Notes under the pieces: generated by a model
The model's input: the letters and a program-made list of their open reading frames with translations, nothing else
Database searches by the model: none
What the model was told of the DNA's origin: nothing
Translations under genes and position numbers: made by a program
Assembly: GCA_951406725.2 (NCBI GenBank)
Contig: OX597821.1
Span: 11,966,001-12,030,000 of the forward strand
DNA from: Octopus vulgaris
Taxonomy: Eukaryota
DNA length: 64,000 nt
Direction: 5' to 3'
Shown: in pieces, positions 55,581 to 64,000 of the stretch
Position numbering within the stretch: position 1 is the stretch's first letter
Layout of the letters: each line of letters starts with the position of its first letter

Positions 55581-56403
55581 ATACGTATATATACATATAA
55601 AATATAAAAAAGAGCAGATAGTTTAATATAATGCAGGTTCGATTTTTAACCGTTACCCTCGAATACTGTGTCATATTTTGTATGTACGTGTGTGTGTGTG
55701 TGTGTGTGCGTATGTATGTTTATGCGTGTGCGTGCGTGTGTGTGTATGTGCGTATGTATGTTTATGCGTATGTGCTTGTGTGTGTGCCTGCGTGTGTGTG
55801 TGGGTGTGTATGTGTGTAATAGGAAATATGTATGTAGAAGTGGATTAGCATATGTGAGTATATAATGTAAGATTATAAGTATATTTACGAGTGTGTCTAT
55901 ATGATTGTGTGTACTTGTGTATATGTATTTGGATATATGTGCACAGTTGCACCTAGACGTTGTATCCATTCACCGTTAGACGATGATGTGAGGAACAAAC
56001 ACACACCCACACATATATATATATATATATATGCGTGTGCGTCTATACAAACAAACATATCTGTGTGTATATATACAAACTTCAACAAAGTAACAGTCAA
56101 GTACACAACTTAGAAAGACACATACCAGTACACGGTTCACATGCACATACACATGTACACACACACACAGACGCGTCTGCCCTTTCTCCTAGATACTCAC
56201 ATACATACGTAGCACATATGTACATACATACATACATGCCCGCGTATGGGCATACACACGTACATACCCACGTACATGTACACACCCACATACATACGCA
56301 CATGCATACGCGCGCATATACATACATACGTACATGCGTACATACGTGCATACACACATACATACATACATACATACACACATACATACGCATATATATA
56401 TAT

Positions 56404-56544
56404 ATTTCTTTATTGCCCACAAGGGGCTAAACATAGAGGGGACAAACAAAGACAGACAAAGGGATAGAGTCAACTACATCGACCCCAGTGCGCAACTGGT
56501 ATTTTATTTATCGACCCCGAAAGGATGAAAGGCAAAGTCGACCT
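56404..56544 (-). mobile_element. SINE family B, 5'-truncated
   Basis: Matches 36760-36897; ends gtgggcAATAAAgaaat. Confidence 0.85.
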
Positions 56545-56919
56545 TATATATATATATAACCTGAACTAACTACATGTAAGGGAGAAAAGGGGGTAAAAAA
56601 AATAAAAAAGTAATAGTAAAACAAAAGTTTTGTGATATAGAGATAAGTGACTGATAATAGGCGGAGGGAGGTTGAAATTTGATATTATTGTGATGAGTGG
56701 TCAGTCTACATCTATCCATCATTACAGGTTTATAGCTTTAAGTTTAGAGTGTGTGTGTGCGTGCATATACATACATACATTCACACATACATACACACAG
56801 GCGTACATGTATAAATCTCTTACATACATGCATGCATGCATACATGCATGCGTGCATACATACATACATACATACACACATACATACGTACATGTATATA
56901 ACGAACAAACTATTACTTT

Positions 56920-57069
56920 CTCAGATGCAGCGCGGATTTTTGTCAGTGAACAGGTCGCGGATTTTAGCGACGAAAATATTTTTGACAAATTAAAATTAAA
57001 TGTTGAAGTGAATCGAACGGCTTTTGTGTGTTTCTTAAATCTCTTACAAACCCCTTCCACGCTGCAATT
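56920..57069 (+). mobile_element. HHR-bearing repeat, copy 3 (G3:C8 HHR at 56939-56989, one extra T at the cleavage site)
   Basis: TTTGTCA-GTGAACA-G-GTCGC-GGATTTTA-GCGAC-GAAA-ATAT-TTT-TGACAAA. Confidence 0.85.
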
Positions 57070-57087
57070 ATATATATATATATATAT

Positions 57088-57490
57088 ACTCTTTTACTCT
57101 TTTACTTGTTTCAGTCATTTGACTGCGGCCATGCTGGAGCACCGCCTTTAGTCGAGCAAATCGACCCCAGGACTTATTATTTGTAAGCCCAGTTCTTATT
57201 CTATCGGTCGCTTTGGCCGAACCGCTATGTAACGGGGACTTAACCACACCAGCATCGGTTGTCAAGCAATGCTAGGGGGACAAACACAGATACACAAACA
57301 CAGACACATATATATATATATACATGCATATATACGACGGGCTTCTTTCAGTTTCCGTCTACCAAATCCACTCACAAGGCTTTGGTTGGCCCGAGGCTAT
57401 AGTAGAAGACACTTGCCCAAGATTCCACGCAGTGGGACTGAACCCGGAACCATGTGGTTGGTAAGCAAGCTACTTACCACACAGCCACTC

Positions 57491-57493
<3 letters not shown>
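57088..57493 (-). mobile_element. SINE family A
   Basis: Reverse complement of 11008-11420 with few differences. Confidence 0.9.
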
Positions 57494-57563
<70 letters not shown>

Positions 57564-57611
57564 ATATATATATATATATATGTATATGTATATCTTTATG
57601 TATATGTATAT

Positions 57612-57998
57612 ATCACCTTGACTGACCAGTCCGTCGGGCGTCCATTTGACCCCGCTGGTCACAGAACGCTGTCCACTCCTCTCTAGATTGCCCCTTTCTC
57701 ATGCACATGATTCCAATCGCCCTCTTGAAATCGTAACTCCACCGTCGTGGAGGCCTTCCGAGTGGTCGTTTCCGCTCGCGCGGGTACCACTCGACAACTG
57801 CGCGGGTCCACCGATTATCGGTGAGCCGGGCGTCGTGTCCAGCTCATCTAAACTTGCTGGGTTTATATTCTACGATGACATCCCTCACGCCAGACTTCTC
57901 TGTCATGACCTCGCTACAGATGTGCACTCTCAACGAGATTCCAAGCATTGACCTCTCCATGGCTCTTTTAGCCGTTGCCAATCTCTGTTCTTCTGTCT
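57612..57998 (-). mobile_element. RTE-type LINE 3' fragment
   Basis: Minus strand: AMERSMLGISLR...R*AGHDARLTDNRWTRAVVEWYPRERKRPLGRPPRRW. Confidence 0.88.
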
Positions 57999-58010
57999 TT
58001 GTATATATGT

Positions 58011-58079
<69 letters not shown>

Positions 58080-58187
58080 TAGTTTTCTCTCATTTCATTA
58101 CATGAAAACACCCACTCTTGATGTCTCTCTTTCTATTGTCCCACTTATTCTCCGGCCTGGTGCAAAATAAAAGGAATCCTCGCCAGG

Positions 58188-58243
58188 ATTATTATTAAAA
58201 ATTATTATTATTTTTATTATTATTATTATTATTATAATTATTA

Positions 58244-58277
<34 letters not shown>

Positions 58278-58288
58278 CATTATTATTA

Positions 58289-58319
<31 letters not shown>

Positions 58320-58336
58320 CATTATTATTATTATTA

Positions 58337-58367
<31 letters not shown>

Positions 58368-58399
58368 CATTATTATTATTATCATTATTATCATTATTA

Positions 58400-58461
<62 letters not shown>
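58188..58461. repeat. (ATT/ATC)n then (AGT)n trinucleotide microsatellite
   Basis: Read directly. Confidence 0.95.
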
Positions 58462-58462
<1 letters not shown>

Positions 58463-59034
58463 TGGTGGTGCACGCAAGTTGCTATCGTGCCGAACAAAAT
58501 GTTCAACAGCATTTACTACGGATTTATGTTCTTAGTTCATGTTCTGCCGAGGTCAACTTTGCCATTAATCTTCACAGGATCGAAGAAATAAGTACCAGTT
58601 GAGCATTGGCCTCCTATTAATGCTACAAAGGATTGATACCGTCATTAGTCTTTTCGTTGTTGCTGCTTTCTTGTGAAATGTGAAGAGTGGGTGGTACTTC
58701 TCTAAGTGAAGACTTGTGAGTAGGAGAAAGAGTATTGGAAGGGCCACAAGCTTTTGGTATTTAGGGAGATCTCGGACAGTAGGATTATTCAATTATCCAA
58801 AGAGTTTTCCTCTTTCAGGAAAGCTACATCTCTGTCATCCAACGAACTTTTTTAAATTGTCTATGCTATGTATGTTTCCCTTCTTTTTCAATGTATAACT
58901 GTATACTGACCCACCCCATATTAAAAAAAAATATTTTATCACTTCATTATACGTAAATCGCCATACTTTGTGTCTGTCTGTGTATTGTCCCCTTCATCCT
59001 CCCTAGTGGAAAATAAATGAAATCACTATTATTA

Positions 59035-60256
59035 TTTGACGAAACATCACGGCATATTTTGCTGGGTATGTATGAAATATCAGATGTCCACAACCAGCAG
59101 AAAAGGTGAATCTTGTTTACTGATCATGCTTCAAGAACTCTGCGAAGAATTCTTGCAGTTTCAAGCAATCCGGATTTTTGTTGACGTTCTACCATTATAT
59201 TTGTACCAATTTTTGAGCCATGTTAGTAGTTGCATGCTGATACTTTCTGGTGGGCCAATGACTATTGGTCCCACGTCTATTCTCCTCATTGACCACATCC
59301 ATCATATTTCCCAATTCAAATCGTCATAGTTGTTCAGGTTTTCTTATTTTTCTTTGATCTTGTTGTCGCCAGGACATGCCATTCCGATTGTAATGCAGGT
59401 CCTTTCTGCTTTTTTGTCTTCACTACATCATCATCATCATTGTTCGACCGTGGTCGAGACAATGGAATTTACCATGCTACGCCAGACTTCACGGTCCATC
59501 ATGGCATTACGGAGGTCCTGTTGCTGGGTGCCTGTATCCCTGGAGATTACATCAGGGTAGGAGAGTGTGCGCCCTCTGGTATTGCGAGTAGATGGCTTCC
59601 ACAGGAGAAGTGTAGAAATTGCTTCGTTTTCAGCCCTACAACAATGTCCAGCAAACTGGACTCTCTTACCTTTCACAAGAGATGACACAGGTGGTAGTTT
59701 CCCATATATTTGCACTTTCGTTGGATGACGCTTCCACGAGAGATTTTCAGCTCTCATAAGGAGGCGAGTGTAGATTCCACCCAACCGCCTCTCAAGCTTC
59801 TTTGATAACGTCCAGGTTTCTGAGCCATATAGTAGAATTGGTTCGACTGTGGCTTTGAAGATTTCAAATCTAAGTAGAGACTTCAAACTTGAAATCTTCA
59901 AAGTCTTCACTACAACAATGTCCAGTATAGGATATCTGGTCAGGTGATCGTACAGAGTCATTGAAGCCCATAGGATTTTGTATTTTCATTCCCAGTGACT
60001 CCTTCTGGGGTATGATCATACCATGTCTTTGTCCTTTGTAGGCCGTGATTTCCACTGAGTCTCACTGGATCATTCTTGCCGCATAGTCATTTTCTCTTTT
60101 GTATTGGTGTTGTGTCAATTTCGGTCATTCGCTAACGATGTGCCATACGGTTTCACCCCGCTCTCACTACACATTCTGCGTTAGTCGCTGTCGGTATTGT
60201 TATCGATTCTGTATTTCACATAGCTGGTCTTTTACGTTTGTTCTTGAGCTGCGCAT
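59035..60256 (-). mobile_element. R4/Dong-like non-LTR retrotransposon 3' fragment (zinc knuckle plus REL endonuclease), split by an RTE insertion
   Basis: Minus strand: CAAQEQ..KTSYVKYRID..RMC, KILW..M...DHLTR...DIVVV | KKAERTC..IGMACPGDNKI, W.MWSM, PIVIG, LLETARILRRVLEA*. Confidence 0.85.
59428..59902 (-). mobile_element. 5'-truncated RTE-type LINE with (TGA)n tail and 12-bp TSD
   Basis: IFKATVEPILLYGSETWTL...QFAGHCCR...DREVWR. TSD gtcttcactaca at 59416-59427 and 59903-59914. Confidence 0.92.
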
Positions 60257-60319
60257 GTAAGTGTTTCTGTCTCTATCTTCAGGTCACTCATCCTCACCCA
60301 TATCCAACTGTTACTGTTA

Positions 60320-60797
60320 TTATTATTTTTATTGTTTTCTTTCGTTTCTTCAAATTTTCTTCCATTTCTCGCCGAGTGTTTTCCGTACACCTAGGCAAGA
60401 GAAGCACAGTGTGTGCATTCCGAGATCACACACACAAATTCACAGGTAAAATATGTATCTAAAAAAAAATAATAAATAAATAAATTCATGTAGGGATGTT
60501 GTTTTCACAGCGACAATGCTCTTCTCAGTACATAAGTCGTTCCAGTAAGGATGGTCAGCCTGGTATCATTTTCAAATCGGCTTCAGTACCTTCTTTTATC
60601 ATTCCTAGAGATCCTGCAATCACCGGTACTGTAGTCGTCTAGAGATGCCACATTTATTTCAGTTTCTATTAGCAAGACTTTACATTTACTGATCTTGTCA
60701 AATTCTTTCGACGCTACATTGTGATCGCAAGGAATACTCATGTAAATTAATAAACACACCTCTTTTGTCTGATCTTTTATAATAATATTCGGTTTAT
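60320..60797 (-). mobile_element. Second R4/Dong-like 3' fragment (REL domain plus 3' UTR) within (TAA)n
   Basis: KPNIIIKDQTKEVCLLIYMSIPCDHNVASKEFDKISK...MWHL*TTTVPVIAGSLG...VLRRALSL; (TTA)n on both flanks. Confidence 0.85.
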
Positions 60798-60798
60798 T

Positions 60799-60836
<38 letters not shown>

Positions 60837-62192
60837 CATTATTATTATTATTATTATCATCATCATTATTATTATTGCAATTGCTGTTATCATACTATTA
60901 TAATTATTATCTTCAAAAGTGCTCTAAGCAATTGGGTTTTGTGCAGATAGATGTGACAGGTTACGCTATCGATTTATTTTTTTAGTACGGTCGTACTGAA
61001 ATGAAGCGGCCGCATATTGAGAATAAAATAGTGCGGTAACAACTGCAACAAGATCGACAAGTAGAAAGATTCTTAGTCGTGGTTGTTATCAACGTTCTTA
61101 TTACAATTCTTTTTAATTTGAATTACCTTGTATATCAGCTATTTTATGACAATAATCTATTTTTATGTCTACAGAGCTGCAACGAGTGAGACATATATTT
61201 TCAAAAATCCAATTAAAAATTAATTGCCAGAAAAGCAAGTATTCTGGTAATTTATTGATGCAAGTACTTGGAAGATAATTGTCGATGCAAGATTCAAGTT
61301 TGTGCGACCAACTACAGAAGTTGTATGAAAGAAAAATCAAATATGAAAATGTTATACAAAGCACGTATGTAATAGAATCTCTTGAGCAGTGCCCGCCACC
61401 TCACTATATTCAAGATTTTTGAAGGAGAACACTCCCAAAACAAAGAATCCTTCGATGCAGGTTAGTGATGAAGGTCAGCATGTTAACGCTAGCCATGCTA
61501 ATTACTAACACTCATCTTTCAGTCAATGTTCTGGAGAGCAACAGCTTCTATTCCACTCTCACATTTCTCAACAAGTAAAGTTAACAAAAATGTCAGACTG
61601 CTTGGCACAATTGGAAAGGGCTGGTGCTCTCTCATTACAGTCGCGTCCACCACACCAACAGTTTTAATGCAGTCAGTTAACGAAGTAAAGGATACTGTTA
61701 AACATTGAATGAGACATACAGTAACAGTTTAGTCTCGTTATAATCATCTTAAACAGATCCGGCATTTCCTTGTTTTCAGAGTTTAATTCCAATCGATATC
61801 TCATTAATTTGTCACTGAAGGCGAGGGTTTTTAGATATCATCCAAAGTGACCGATTTGCAAAACTTCTGAAGAATTGGAATAGATATTTGTCGACGAAAT
61901 CCCAATTTTCCGCAAGAACAGTAGTGTTCGTATGTGCATTCGGCGCCTGTAAAATGATACCTTGGAAGTTATACCCATTTCATTGCCTGAGTGGTAGAAA
62001 AATGTGCCCAGCTGAAAGCATGCTATACACCCAGCTGGGTGATAGTGTGAGGTCTACTTAAATGTTAGAAAAACGAGTGATTGGGACACGCTTCTGTTGT
62101 CTCTTGCTTGTCAACTTTATATAGACATGCTTTAGTTATGTACTTTTCTGTTTTCTTCTCTTAATATCTATGATCCCCAAAGTTTGACTCAC

Positions 62193-62460
62193 CTCTTACT
62201 AATAATTTCGTTTCTATAGTTAGAAGATAGCGTAGTTGTAGCACTGCTTTGGGCCAGTTTAATAAACCATTTGTCCATTTGATCCTTTAAATCCAACACA
62301 GAAATTAAGGTTCGTTTTTTTGTCGTTGGAGCTGCGGGCGGTGGTGCTCAGAGTATAGCCTCTTCTTGCTGCCTGCCTGTACAATTTTCATTTCTGGTCC
62401 ATTAATCCTATTCACTGCCCAATTTTCATCTCCACTTTTCTTATACATTTGTTCATACAA
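62193..62460 (-). other. Possible exon
   Basis: Acceptor ttcatcactttcAG and donor GAG|GTGAGT bound 268 nt of non-repetitive sequence. No frame is open throughout; late ATG gives MDKWFIK... Confidence 0.2.
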
Positions 62461-64000
62461 CTGAAAGTGATGAAATCAGAGGTAGCAATTTCATATTATT
62501 TTAGACAATAAAAAAAAATGTTTCTATATTTGTGATTAAAGCGATGTAATCTTTTCTTCAGAATAAAAGTCGCTCGCTACTTGACTTTTATGATCATTTA
62601 TAATATCTCCACTCTCTCCATGATTATAATTAGCATACTTATCGGTACCTGATTGTTACTTTATGTGAACAAATCCAAAAGGATAAAAGGGAAACTCTAT
62701 CCCTGTGGAATTTGAACAGAAAGGAAAGAATCACAAATTACTGAATACCGTAATGAAATACTGAATACCGTAATGAAATTACGGTATTCGTAGCACTACT
62801 TATTCAGACTTAAAACCGCATTACTCAGCTTACACACAATCTTTTTGAATACTATAAGGAAGATTATGCATTTACTTCTACATACACTTGAAATTATCCG
62901 CAAAAAGGATAAACGAAGGAAATTACCAATATTTAACTTACCCCCTGGGATTGTTGTTTCAACATGTCTGCGTTCTTGAACAAGATGCTAATCGTAATTC
63001 TAGAAATGTGTTTTGTGGCTTTTTAGTTACATCTACAATCAGTTAACGTAGTGCACAAAATAGAATAGTAATTAGTTAAACAAACAATAGGCTTGGTATG
63101 TCTTCCTAAATTATATTTGAAGTAATTATTGTTGTTTTCATAAATTGTTTTTAATTAATTAATCCATTTTAATTAATTATTTATTTAATTAATTAATTTC
63201 AATTAATTAATAATCAATTTTCTTAAATTAATTTACTCAGCAATATTTAATAAACCATTATAACAAGTTTTTGATTAACGAAGATAGAATCAGGGTTCTA
63301 AACTCTTCTTTATAAATGAATTCTATCATATATACAACTAAATTTTAAAAATATGATAATGCATATATAAATTTACAATATAATAACTTCTCCTAAATTT
63401 CTTTAGGAGTGTTAGATAATTAATATCAACAACATTTGCAAATATTTATTTTATTAATCCCTCAGATTCAACGTTTCTAAAGATTTTTCATGCTATGTTA
63501 CTGTTAAATGTACTACTAAATTAGATTCAGAAAGAACTGGTTTTCTATGTCGACCTCATCATTTTTTATATCCGAAAGTTTATCTCATCTTCATAAGTTT
63601 CTTGTCCCAGTTACTTAGTTGTTTTATGCACGTTTGCTTTCCTCCCTTGATCACGTACAAACATTTATAATATTGTTGATCATTGCTCTCATACCTAAAT
63701 TTAACCTCTTTCGCTCATCGCAAAACGCAACTATACATAATTCCATGGTCATACTTCCGTCGAATTTTCTTCTTTTATTCCCTGTATTAAAAATACTTAT
63801 CAAATGAAGTCTTTCTACGAATACTCTCCCCTTAATTTTTGTTACCTCTTGTAAGAAAAGCTTAAACACAAGTAGTTTCTTTGCTCGAAATTCTGTTTTA
63901 TGGAAGAATCTTTCTTATTATTTACCAAATAAAATAAATCTTAATTTTTCACATCTTGCACAAATAATTTTATCATTTTTAGCTCAGCTTATTTTTATAT

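Noticed and set aside
59437-59961. 174-aa ORF as a functional gene
   Set aside because: It is an accidental fusion of R4-like and truncated RTE fragments and lacks the RT core.
62741-62790. 20-bp tandem duplication plus hairpin gaataccgtaat-gaa-attacggtattc
   Set aside because: Two units with no spacers; a local repair scar, not a CRISPR array or terminator.

Overview
AT-rich, microsatellite-dense eukaryotic DNA with no supportable host protein-coding gene. The SINE/LINE families look like those of octopus (inference from recalled repeat families, not a search). Almost all track ORFs are translations of (TA)n/(CA)n/(GATA)n repeats. The window is a mosaic of decayed mobile elements: mariner and Tc1 transposons, hAT and Tc1 MITEs, non-autonomous Helitrons, LINE fragments (RTE, CR1/L2-like, L1/Tx1-like, R4/Dong-like), four tRNA-type SINE families, and many short Penelope-like element (PLE) fragments in (TA)n tracts. 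The main signal is about a dozen minimal type I hammerhead ribozyme (HHR) motifs in the PLE-like fragments. Together they show all four Watson-Crick combinations at the core 3:8 pair, including a three-copy G3:C8 family. One HHR sits in an ORF-less 470-bp unit with a terminal direct repeat (retrozyme-like). In two elements the inverted terminal copy stops at the predicted cleavage site. Also present are several long fold-back palindromes, two apparent SINE-LINE shared 3' tails, a chimeric SINE, and a 5'-inverted RTE insertion. All folds and alignments were done by eye, and ribozyme activity is untested.
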